The notes beneath the pieces are model-generated. The model ran no database searches. It saw nothing but the letters and a program-made list of their open reading frames with translations, and had not been told where the DNA came from. Source: Clostridia bacterium (GTDB lineage: Bacteria > Bacillota > Clostridia > Christensenellales > UBA1242). Taken from it: a DNA stretch of 24,000 bases. Shown one piece after another: positions 15,854 to 23,399 of this stretch. The position numbers were made by a program, and so were the translations under genes. The stretch is from assembly GCA_017541375.1 (NCBI GenBank), contig JAFXZE010000005.1:126183-150182 (forward strand), read 5' to 3'. Position 1 is the first letter of the stretch, and each line of letters begins with the position of its first letter.

Positions 15854-15876
15854 TATAAAAAAATAAGGAGTTAAAA

Positions 15877-16866
15877 ATGAAAAACGATTCCCAAACACAT
15901 AAATCCCCAACTATAAAACCACCCCAAAAAGAAGATGAAAAAACCAAATCATTCCACTATGAAACATCTTTTTATAAGGGATATCTTGATTACCCAGTTT
16001 TTGTACGCATTTGGAAAAAAGTTGAAGAGGCTAAAGGCATTGTACTTGTTGCTCATAATATTCGTGAACACAGTGGCTTTTATGAGGAGTTTGCTCTCAC
16101 CCTAAATAAAGTAGGCTATATAGTAGTCGTTCCTGACCTTCGTGCTCACGGAAAAACAGCTGGCGAAGTGGATAATTGCGGAAAATATGATGGCAAAAAC
16201 TTTTTTCAAGATAGTGTATTAGATCTAATAAAATTTGCTGATTGGATGTTTAAGCGTTTTGACCTACCTCTAGCTATAATGGGCGTAGGAATAGGTAGTT
16301 TTTTGGTACAAAAATTCGCTGAAAACTATCATAGGCACAGAGCAATGATTTTAATTGGAGCAGGATATTATCCTATTCCCTATCTAAATCACATAAATTT
16401 TTTAGCTAACATGACAGCCATGTTTAAAGGAAAAAATGCACCAGCACACAAAGTATATAAAGCAACTATTGGAAAATTTGAAAAAAATTTCCCAGACAAG
16501 AATTGGCTAACTCACGATGAAAGCATGATTGAAATTTATGAACAAGACCCATATTATGGTCACATTCCTTCAGCAGCAATATGTGCCTCCATTGCTCAAG
16601 GCATTGCATCTGTATTTACTGGCAACAACCTAGACAAACTAGACAGATTTACCCCGATTTTATTTGAAAATGGACAAAATGACACCATAGCTACAGCGAG
16701 CCCAACCAACCTTGATAAACTGCTGGAACAATACAAATTTTTACAATTTAAAAATGTGGAAACAAAAATTTGGGATCACGACAGACATGATATTTTACAT
16801 GAAACTGACCGAAAACAAGTTTTTTCTCACATAAGTGCTTTCCTCAAAAAGAATGTAATTCCGTAA
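15877..16866 (+). CDS. Alpha/beta hydrolase fold protein (lysophospholipase / monoacylglycerol-lipase-like) with a degenerate nucleophile elbow
   Basis: SD AAGGAG. The order of elements matches the Hydrolase_4 type: GIVLVAHNIREHSGFYEEFA, VVVPDLRAHGKT, LAIMGVGIGSFLV (where GHSMGG is expected), ENGQNDTIA (Asp strand) and HDRHDILHE (His loop). Confidence 0.8.
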   Translation: MKNDSQTHKSPTIKPPQKEDEKTKSFHYETSFYKGYLDYPVFVRIWKKVEEAKGIVLVAHNIREHSGFYEEFALTLNKVGYIVVVPDLRAHGKTAGEVDNCGKYDGKNFFQDSVLDLIKFADWMFKRFDLPLAIMGVGIGSFLVQKFAENYHRHRAMILIGAGYYPIPYLNHINFLANMTAMFKGKNAPAHKVYKATIGKFEKNFPDKNWLTHDESMIEIYEQDPYYGHIPSAAICASIAQGIASVFTGNNLDKLDRFTPILFENGQNDTIATASPTNLDKLLEQYKFLQFKNVETKIWDHDRHDILHETDRKQVFSHISAFLKKNVIP

Positions 16867-16903
16867 TAAATTTAAAAAAAATAAAAAATTTTTATTATTT
16901 TTA

Positions 16904-16932
16904 TTGACATTTAGGAAAATTTGTGTTATACT
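16904..16932 (+). promoter_or_regulatory. Sigma-A type promoter with extended -10
   Basis: TTGACA (16904-16909), 17-nt spacer ending in TGt, TATACT (16927-16932). Confidence 0.65.
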
Positions 16933-16965
16933 CTTCGCAATTATTATTGAAAGGAGGAGAAAATC

Positions 16966-17025
16966 ATGACAATAAACAGTGTAGTCGAAGCACAAAAATC
17001 TTCCTTAGGAGTGCGTTTTTTATAA
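16966..17025 (+). CDS. Candidate 19-aa upstream ORF / leader peptide (MTINSVVEAQKSSLGVRFL)
   Basis: Not in the ORF track because it is too short. A near-perfect SD AAGGAGGAG (16951-16959) lies 6 nt before ATG 16966. It sits about 30 nt downstream of the consensus promoter and 56 nt upstream of the ABC exporter start. Stop TAA at 17023-17025. Confidence 0.45.
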   Translation: MTINSVVEAQKSSLGVRFL

Positions 17026-17081
17026 ATTTTCTAAAAGAGGTACTTCTTTAGGAAAAACAATAAAAATTTAAGGAGTTAATT

Positions 17082-18944
17082 ATGTTAGGTAAAGAAAAAT
17101 TACCTAACTCTAAAATGACTCGATTAGATAAAAAACGTCAAAAGTATAAAAATAGGTATGGCATAGACTATGATGAGTTTATGCAAAAACAAAAAGAAAA
17201 GCAAGAAAAACGAAAGCTTGGATTTAAATCTATTAAGCAAATTCTATCGCTTTGCAAATCATCACATAAATTTTTGTGGGGTTGTGTGATTGTGGTGCTA
17301 ATTGGTGCTGCAATTGATATTTTGGGTGCATATCAATATGTGCATATTATTGATGATGTCACACTAGAATTCTTTGATAAAGCGCTATATGCTACTATCA
17401 CTTATGGAGCATGTATTGCGGGAACACATATTTGTTGGTTCTTTTGGGAAATATTTTATAACTATGCTTCTGCAAACATCAATTATCAGATTAAAAACAA
17501 CTTATTTAGCAATGTATTAAATGTTAGCACAGCCAAATATAATGATGTTTCTAGTGGTGAAATTATCAACCGAATCACCAATGATAGTAGTTCGTTTGCT
17601 CAAACAGTCACAGCTTTGGTAACTGATATTTGTGACTTTATTTCAAATATTGCCTACGTAGTAGTAGCGTTTATTCTGAGCCCATACTTGGGTGCGATAA
17701 TGTTTTGTTTGGGCCTTATCGCCTACCTCATTCGCAGAATTTATCTCAAACGCAGAGCAATTCTATATTCTGCACGAACTAAATTAATTGTTGATAAAAA
17801 TACATCTAGTGTGCAAGAAGCCATTAGAGGAAATAAAGACATCAAAAATCTTAACTTAAAATCCCTTATTAATGATCAACAATTATCTTTATCACTCAAT
17901 CAAAAACATTCGAGCATAGACCAGCAAAATCAACGAATTATTTTTAATAGAATTGCTTGGTTTCTATCTAGCATATCTCGAGCTTTAATACTAATAGCAT
18001 CTATACTCTTGATCCAAAAAGGAATGGTATCCCTTGGTGTTACGCTCGGAGTTTTGACATTTGTTTGGTCTGGGCTTGAAACATTCATGAATTTGGCAAA
18101 CATTATTCAAAATGTAAAAGAAGCATCAGTAAGTTCTAGTAGAATGTTAGAAATACTTGATGATGAGCTATATCCCAAAGAACATTTTGGCTGCCAAACA
18201 ATCGACAATATGCGCGGTGAAATTGAATTTAAACATGTAGAATTTGGATACAAAAAAGATGAATTGCTTTTCAAAGATTTAAGTTTTAAAATAGAAGCCG
18301 GCCAGTGTATCGGTATTGTAGGAAAATCTGGTCAAGGTAAGTCGAGTATTATTAATTTAATTAACAAACTTTTTGACGTTTCGGGAGGTCAAATACTACT
18401 AGATGGTGTCGACATTCAAAATTTGAGTGAAGACTCGATTAGAGATAATGTTTCAGTTGTGTCTCAATCCCCCTACATATTTGACCTAACTATTAGAGAA
18501 AATTTAGAGTTAGTAAAACCAGATGCCACTTTTGATGAAATTGTTGATGCTTGTAAAAAAGCGTATATATATGATTACATCATGTCACTTGACAACAAAT
18601 TTGATAGCAAGATTGGTGAAGGTGGCGTGCAACTAAGTGGTGGACAAAAACAACGCTTAGCAATTGCTAGAGCATTGCTAAGAAAAAGTAAAATCTTGTT
18701 GCTTGATGAAGCTACAAGTGCTCTTGACAACGAAAGTCAAGAGAAAATTAAATCGGCTATAAATGACTTGAAAAACGAAAAAACAATAATAATTGTCGCT
18801 CACAGACTTACTACCGTCATGGATTGTGATAGAATTTTGTTTATCAATAATAACACAGTAAAAGCTGATGGTACTCACAAACAACTAATGAAAACCTGTC
18901 CTGAATACAAAAAACTTTACAATTCAGAAGATAGTGAGGAGTAA
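17082..18944 (+). CDS. ABC transporter, fused permease/ATP-binding protein (type I exporter half-transporter)
   Basis: SD AAGGAG (17070-17075). Six-helix TMD followed by an NBD with Walker A GKSGQGKSS, Q-loop SQSP, signature LSGGQKQR, Walker B ILLLDEATSALD and H-loop VAHRL. A ~50-aa Lys-rich N-terminal extension precedes the usual start region (FKSIKQILSLCK). Confidence 0.93.
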   Translation: MLGKEKLPNSKMTRLDKKRQKYKNRYGIDYDEFMQKQKEKQEKRKLGFKSIKQILSLCKSSHKFLWGCVIVVLIGAAIDILGAYQYVHIIDDVTLEFFDKALYATITYGACIAGTHICWFFWEIFYNYASANINYQIKNNLFSNVLNVSTAKYNDVSSGEIINRITNDSSSFAQTVTALVTDICDFISNIAYVVVAFILSPYLGAIMFCLGLIAYLIRRIYLKRRAILYSARTKLIVDKNTSSVQEAIRGNKDIKNLNLKSLINDQQLSLSLNQKHSSIDQQNQRIIFNRIAWFLSSISRALILIASILLIQKGMVSLGVTLGVLTFVWSGLETFMNLANIIQNVKEASVSSSRMLEILDDELYPKEHFGCQTIDNMRGEIEFKHVEFGYKKDELLFKDLSFKIEAGQCIGIVGKSGQGKSSIINLINKLFDVSGGQILLDGVDIQNLSEDSIRDNVSVVSQSPYIFDLTIRENLELVKPDATFDEIVDACKKAYIYDYIMSLDNKFDSKIGEGGVQLSGGQKQRLAIARALLRKSKILLLDEATSALDNESQEKIKSAINDLKNEKTIIIVAHRLTTVMDCDRILFINNNTVKADGTHKQLMKTCPEYKKLYNSEDSEE

Positions 18945-18946
18945 GC

Positions 18947-18976
18947 AAAATAAGCAACTCAGATTGCTTATTTTTT
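18947..18976 (+). terminator. Rho-independent terminator
   Basis: ATAAGCAA-ctcaga-TTGCTTAT followed by TTTTT. The T-run runs almost directly into the SD of the next gene. Confidence 0.65.
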
Positions 18977-18995
18977 ATTAAAAAAGGAGTAATAT

Positions 18996-19523
18996 ATGAA
19001 ACTTAATTTAAAAATCCACAAAGCCACAGAAAATAATGTGAGTGATATACTCAAAATTAGAGAAGAAGGTTGGCTCAGTGGCTATACAGACTTGGATAAA
19101 GAAGCTATAAAAAACTACTATAAAAAGCAGAGAGAAATCAAAAAAATCGAAAACATGAAAAAATATTTTTCATCAGACAACCATAATTGCTACCTAGCGG
19201 AATATCAAGGACAAAATATAGGTCTGTTTTGGTTTGAGGACAATGGTAGAAAAAGTAATGATACCTGCTACATATATGGTTTTTATGTTCTCCCCCAATT
19301 TCAAGGTCAAGGCGTAGGGACTGCGCTTTGGAAATTTGGAATGGAAAGAATGAAAGAAAAAGGTTACACCAAATGTAGCCTCATAACAACTAGTAAAAAT
19401 GAAAAGAGCAAAAAATTCTATCATGCGCATAATGGAGTTATTTCAAAAGAATATATTGAACAAATGATTGATGAAGATGATCAATCAAAAATTTTAGTAG
19501 ATGAATTTACCTTTAATATATAA
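18996..19523 (+). CDS. GNAT family N-acetyltransferase
   Basis: SD AAAAGGAG. Acetyl-CoA binding motif A is VLPQFQGQGVGTALWKF (Q/R-x-x-G-x-G/A), with the overall ~170-aa GNAT length and a downstream F..HNG-like strand (FYHAHNGV). Confidence 0.8.
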   Translation: MKLNLKIHKATENNVSDILKIREEGWLSGYTDLDKEAIKNYYKKQREIKKIENMKKYFSSDNHNCYLAEYQGQNIGLFWFEDNGRKSNDTCYIYGFYVLPQFQGQGVGTALWKFGMERMKEKGYTKCSLITTSKNEKSKKFYHAHNGVISKEYIEQMIDEDDQSKILVDEFTFNI

Positions 19524-19550
19524 AAGAGCGGATTGTTATTCGCTCTTTTT
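19522..19550. terminator. Bidirectional terminator between the GNAT gene and prfA
   Basis: AAAAGAGCG-gattgttatt-CGCTCTTTTT; overlaps the stop codons of both convergent genes. Confidence 0.75.
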
Positions 19551-20619
19551 ATATGTTTGCATTTTCTAATTTACGTTTTATCTCTTCTTGGTGAAGTGCA
19601 TCCAACATTTCATCAATATCTCCTAACATAAAGTTATTTATTGAGTGAAGACTAAGGCCTATACGGTGATCTGTTACTCTGTCTTGAGGAAAGTTGTATG
19701 TACGGATTCGTTCACTTCTATCCCCTGTGCCCACTTGACTTTTTCTTGCCTCAGCACTCTCATTCATTGCCTTTTGTTCGGCTATGTCCTCCAACTTTGC
19801 TCTTAGTATACCCATTGCCCGCTCTTTATTTTTGATTTGACTTCGCTCGTCTTGACAAGTTACCACTATTCCACTGGGGATATGAGTAATACGCACGGCA
19901 CTATCGGTAGTGTTTACCCCCTGCCCACCATGACCACCAGCGTGATATGTGTCTATTCTTAGGTCTTTATCATTTATTTCGACATCAGTTTCTTCCACTT
20001 CAGGAAGTACTGCAACAGTTACAGTACTAGTATGCACCCTACCTTGAGCCTCAGTCTCCGGCACACGTTGGACTCGATGCACTCCACTCTCCCACTTTAA
20101 CCTACTGTATGCCCCAACTCCATCAATCAGCATTACTCCTTCCTTGAGTCCTCCGACTTCTGTCGATGAATATTCTATTATTTCGACCTTCCATCCTAAA
20201 TTTTGCGCATACTTCTGGTACATTTTAAAGAGTTCCGCCCCAAACAAAGATGCTTCATCTCCCCCAGCAGCAGGACGAACTTCTAAGAAAACATTCTTAT
20301 CATCGTTCTTTCCACGCGGCAAAAGTAACACTTTTACTTCCTCATCCAACTTTTCTAAAACATCATTAGCTTCGCTTAATTCAGCTTTTGCCATCTCTAT
20401 AATATCAGCCTCATCAGTTTCATTCAAAAGTTCTTCCGCAAGCTTTTGCTTATTCTGCGCCTGTTTATATTTCTCAAATAGTGTAACATATTCTTCTAAA
20501 GTTGAATGTTCCTTAGCAACTTTACGAAATTTGTTACTATCAGCCACCAAAGCCGGGTCACACATCTGCTCTCCCAATTCGTGATATCTTTTTACAAATG
20601 GCTCTAATTTTTCAATCAT
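19549..20619 (-). CDS. prfA: Peptide chain release factor 1
   Basis: [17 protein letters not shown] carries the RF1 P-x-T tripeptide, and [25 protein letters not shown] carries the GGQ motif. SD AAGGAG; the ATG overlaps the prmC stop (ATGA). Confidence 0.97.
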   Translation of the reverse strand: MIEKLEPFVKRYHELGEQMCDPALVADSNKFRKVAKEHSTLEEYVTLFEKYKQAQNKQKLAEELLNETDEADIIEMAKAELSEANDVLEKLDEEVKVLLLPRGKNDDKNVFLEVRPAAGGDEASLFGAELFKMYQKYAQNLGWKVEIIEYSSTEVGGLKEGVMLIDGVGAYSRLKWESGVHRVQRVPETEAQGRVHTSTVTVAVLPEVEETDVEINDKDLRIDTYHAGGHGGQGVNTTDSAVRITHIPSGIVVTCQDERSQIKNKERAMGILRAKLEDIAEQKAMNESAEARKSQVGTGDRSERIRTYNFPQDRVTDHRIGLSLHSINNFMLGDIDEMLDALHQEEIKRKLENANI

Positions 20620-21416
20620 TTTCTACTCCTTGCTATTACAAATCTTTTAAACCCAAAATAATCCGATATTATCTCACAATCAAAATCTTTATCAAAAATG
20701 TCTACTATTCTTTCTGCTTGAGTGTCGCCTACTTCCATAAATATCATTCCTCTAGGAGATAAATATGGCCTTACATTATCTTTTATACGTTTGTAAAAAT
20801 CAAGTCCATCATCTCCACCAAACAATGCAATATGCGGCTCAAAATCTAATACACTAGATGGCAAAATCTCTTTTTCCTCCTCAGCAATGTATGGTGGATT
20901 TGTTACAATCACATCAAATTTGCCACTTACATTTTTAAATAAATCACCACAAATAAAATCCACTTGGGCATTATTTATCACCGCATTTTGCTTGGCAACT
21001 TTGAGAGCTGCTTCACTAATATCAGTTGCCACGACTTTACAATTCAGTTGTGTAGCCAAAGCTACTGCAATGCAACCGCTCCCAGTACACAAATCAAGTA
21101 TGCGCAAGTTTTCACCACTGACTCTGTCAACAACTAATTCGCAAAGCTGCTCAGTTTCCGCTCTAGGAATCAACACATCTGGCGTAACTAAAATTTTGCA
21201 ATTCCAAAATGGCACATAGCCCAATATGTATCCTAATGGTTCACCTGATGATAGGCGCTTTATCCCCTTATCTAGTGTAGAGACAAGTTGTGGTGTTAAC
21301 TCTGTTTCCCCCCACAAAAAAGGTTCTACATTACTAACTTCCTTAATAAGCCAAGCTACATCTTGAGATTTACTTTTTTCGGAATTTACTTTTTGATAAT
21401 ATTCTTTTAAATTCAT
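20616..21416 (-). CDS. prmC: Release-factor glutamine N5-methyltransferase (PrmC/HemK)
   Basis: SAM-binding motif [13 protein letters not shown] and substrate motif VTNPPYI (NPPY). The start is uncertain: ATG 21416 is preceded by TAAGGA only 3 nt away, and the track's GTG at 21428 abuts a terminator T-run and has no SD. Confidence 0.9.
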   Translation of the reverse strand: MNLKEYYQKVNSEKSKSQDVAWLIKEVSNVEPFLWGETELTPQLVSTLDKGIKRLSSGEPLGYILGYVPFWNCKILVTPDVLIPRAETEQLCELVVDRVSGENLRILDLCTGSGCIAVALATQLNCKVVATDISEAALKVAKQNAVINNAQVDFICGDLFKNVSGKFDVIVTNPPYIAEEEKEILPSSVLDFEPHIALFGGDDGLDFYKRIKDNVRPYLSPRGMIFMEVGDTQAERIVDIFDKDFDCEIISDYFGFKRFVIARSRK

Positions 21417-21428
21417 TTTCCTTACCAC

Positions 21429-21455
21429 AAAAAAAGATGCCTCAATTTAGGCATC
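21429..21455 (-). terminator. Rho-independent terminator after rpmE
   Basis: On the minus strand: GATGCCT-aaattg-AGGCATC followed by TTTTTTT, 10 nt after the rpmE stop. The T-run ends 12 nt before the prmC ATG. Confidence 0.75.
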
Positions 21456-21464
21456 CAAATTTAA

Positions 21465-21698
21465 CTATGCAGCAGCTGCACCTGATTTATTTCCTGCTTG
21501 AATGTTGTACTTCTTGTTAAATTTTTCAACACGACCAGCAGCGTCCACAATCTTTTGGTTACCTGTAAAGAAAGGGTGACATTTGTTGCATATATCGATT
21601 TTCATGACATCACTTTTATATGTTGAACGTGTAGTAAAGTGTTCTCCACAAGCACACTCAACTTTCACTTCGTGATAGTTTGGGTGAATATCTTTCAT
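21465..21698 (-). CDS. rpmE: 50S ribosomal protein L31 (Cys-containing, zinc-ribbon type)
   Basis: [26 protein letters not shown]...[14 protein letters not shown]...[10 protein letters not shown] carries the classic L31 motifs, including CxC...CxxC. SD AAGAGGAG. Confidence 0.95.
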   Translation of the reverse strand: MKDIHPNYHEVKVECACGEHFTTRSTYKSDVMKIDICNKCHPFFTGNQKIVDAAGRVEKFNKKYNIQAGNKSGAAAA

Positions 21699-21735
21699 TG
21701 TACTAGCTCCTCTTTATAAAATATTTAGTGAGTAT

Positions 21736-21764
21736 ATTTTACTACAAAATTCAAAAAAAATCAA
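21736..21764 (-). promoter_or_regulatory. Candidate sigma-A type promoter of rpmE
   Basis: On the minus strand: TTGATT (21764-21759), 17 nt, TAAAAT (21741-21736). Confidence 0.45.
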
Positions 21765-21821
21765 TAGTTTTTGCATAAGTTTTTTGTTAAAATTAACTTT
21801 ATGTAATTCTATCCTATTGAG

Positions 21822-21850
21822 TTGACAAAAATATTATATAGTGGTAAAAA
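21822..21850 (+). promoter_or_regulatory. Candidate promoter with extended -10
   Basis: TTGACA (21822-21827), 17-nt spacer ending in TGg, TAAAAA (21845-21850). This would give a very short leader before the SD AGGAGG (21856-21861). Confidence 0.4.
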
Positions 21851-21867
21851 ATAATAGGAGGCACATT

Positions 21868-22419
21868 ATGCAAACTGACTCACCAATAAAACAACTCACT
21901 ACCCAAGAAAAAAAAGAGTTACTCGAAAACATTGCTATTAGCTTTTTTACAGAATATCCAGTTAGCAAAAAGTGTATCGAGGAACGAGAGAATTTAGAAA
22001 AAAACTCTATTTACCAAATAGTATTAGATAATCTTATATTTGGTAAAGGTAGTCAAATTAAATCAATTCGAGATACCTTAGATACACTGCTAAAACCAGG
22101 TAGATATAACTACCTCGACATCGCAAAAGTTCTTTACACACCGCAAAAAGTTGATGTTATGTTTGAAAAAGCCATTGAAAAAGCCTGCATTGAGGCAGAT
22201 ATCAAAAAAAATGAAACTATTGACAAGTGTTTTAAAATGCGAGATTACTTAAGAAACTGTCAAAAAGATGTATCAGACAACATTTCAGTTACTGATTCTA
22301 ACAATCCTGCTGCTAGCATGTTAATTATGATTGCTGGAACTTACTGTTCGATGAAAAAATCTAATAACACTAAAACAAGCACAAACACAAAGCAAACAAG
22401 CATTTTAGAATTTCAATAA
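21868..22419 (+). CDS. Hypothetical protein (183 aa), no recognisable domain
   Basis: AGGAGG lies 6 nt before ATG 21868; the track's GTG at 21841 falls inside the promoter. Ends in a hydrophobic stretch (AASMLIMIAGTYCSM) followed by a T/N/K-rich tail. Confidence 0.65.
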   Translation: MQTDSPIKQLTTQEKKELLENIAISFFTEYPVSKKCIEERENLEKNSIYQIVLDNLIFGKGSQIKSIRDTLDTLLKPGRYNYLDIAKVLYTPQKVDVMFEKAIEKACIEADIKKNETIDKCFKMRDYLRNCQKDVSDNISVTDSNNPAASMLIMIAGTYCSMKKSNNTKTSTNTKQTSILEFQ

Positions 22420-22420
22420 C

Positions 22421-22450
22421 AAAAACACACCGCTAACCAGTGTGTTTTTA
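22421..22450. terminator. Bidirectional terminator (hairpin family copy C)
   Basis: AAAAACACAC-cgctaacca-GTGTGTTTTT, between the convergent stops at 22419 (+) and 22505 (-). Confidence 0.75.
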
Positions 22451-22504
22451 TTATACAAATATACTTTCAATTAATAAATAATCAAAAGCAAATTAGCTCT
22501 TTAA

Positions 22505-23191
22505 TTATCTACTACGCTCAACCTCAGCATCACATTTTACCATTCTATTAGCTAATTTAAAAACATCATTTAAACTTGGTGTGCGTTTAGCTACTTTTTC
22601 CAAACGAGAGTATTCCTCTTCTTTTGCCCAATAATAAATATTATAATCTGTTAATTTAGAAACTTTATAATCAGCCATCATCTCTGATAAATCAACATAT
22701 CTAAAGTTCCCCCAAACAGGCCAATCCTTTATATCTGAAATTCTATTGTAATTAACTCCCCTTTGACCAAGTGGAACCCTTTCATATATAGGTGTAGTAG
22801 AATAAACCGGAACACATCCTTTTTTTGCTATACAAAAAGGGTGATCCTCTGTAGGCTTTGAGTAATCATATAGAAAAATCTCTTGACCTGTTTCATTAGA
22901 ATAAAACCTACTTTGCCTTTGCAAAAAAGGTCTAGTTATGTCTCGCTCTTCAGTCACATTCCATCCAATATCTATCCTTGTATCATTCAACACTACAGAA
23001 TACTCTTTTTTAGTGCGTAGGTCTTTAAATTTTCTATTATCTTCACTTATCAATACAGGCACAACCACAGCCCCATCGTCAAATTTTAAAAAACGAAGTC
23101 TTTCTATCTCTTCATTTGATAATTTTTTACTTGTTTCACTATCTTTTGTCGTTTTATCAGTAAAAAATTTTTTTATTTCACTAAAAACCAT
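22505..23191 (-). CDS. Hypothetical protein (228 aa), no recognisable domain
   Basis: GGAGGG lies 6 nt before ATG 23191 (MVFSEIKKFF...). The 25-codon extension in the track overlaps the gene's own promoter. Soluble, with no motif I recognise. Confidence 0.65.
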   Translation of the reverse strand: MVFSEIKKFFTDKTTKDSETSKKLSNEEIERLRFLKFDDGAVVVPVLISEDNRKFKDLRTKKEYSVVLNDTRIDIGWNVTEERDITRPFLQRQSRFYSNETGQEIFLYDYSKPTEDHPFCIAKKGCVPVYSTTPIYERVPLGQRGVNYNRISDIKDWPVWGNFRYVDLSEMMADYKVSKLTDYNIYYWAKEEEYSRLEKVAKRTPSLNDVFKLANRMVKCDAEVERSR

Positions 23192-23218
23192 AACAATCCC
23201 TCCATATATACCGTGTAT

Positions 23219-23247
23219 ATTATACCACAAAAAGCAAAAAATGTCAA
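23219..23247 (-). promoter_or_regulatory. Sigma-A type promoter with extended -10
   Basis: On the minus strand: TTGACA (23247-23242), 17-nt spacer ending in TGg, TATAAT (23224-23219). Confidence 0.65.
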
Positions 23248-23255
23248 TAATTTGG

Positions 23256-23293
23256 AAAAACCACACCGCTTTCTATGTGGTTTTACATTAGTG
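23256..23293. repeat. Degenerate copy (A) of the spoVG terminator hairpin plus its flank
   Basis: aaaaaCCACAccgctttctaTGTGGttttacattagtg. It shares ACACCGCTTTC and TTTTACATTAGTG with copy B at 23354-23393. The stem is reduced to about 5 bp plus A/T pairs. Confidence 0.6.
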
Positions 23294-23353
23294 TGGATGT
23301 TATGCAAAAAAGCTTCGTCTCACGCCTCACTTTTTTGAGTCCGTGTTAATCAC

Positions 23354-23393
23354 AAAAACACACCGCTTTCGCGGTGTGTTTTTACATTAGTGA
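23354..23393. terminator. Bidirectional terminator after spoVG (hairpin family copy B, perfect)
   Basis: AAAAACACACCGC-tttc-GCGGTGTGTTTTT: 13-bp perfect stem, ending about 16 nt from the spoVG stop codon (23400-23402). Confidence 0.8.
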
Positions 23394-23399
23394 CTAACA

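Noticed and set aside
16966-19523. Reading sORF-ABC-GNAT as a microcin C-like (peptide + exporter + GNAT immunity) biosynthetic cluster.
   Set aside because: No adenylyltransferase (MccB-like) or other modification enzyme is present, and the peptide lacks a recognisable leader or double-glycine motif. I keep it only as a speculative alternative within the sORF finding.
23302-23349. A 15-codon ORF (MQKSFVSRLTFLSPC) between the two hairpin copies downstream of spoVG.
   Set aside because: There is no SD and no promoter on the + strand. It probably reflects random sequence in a duplicated 3' UTR.
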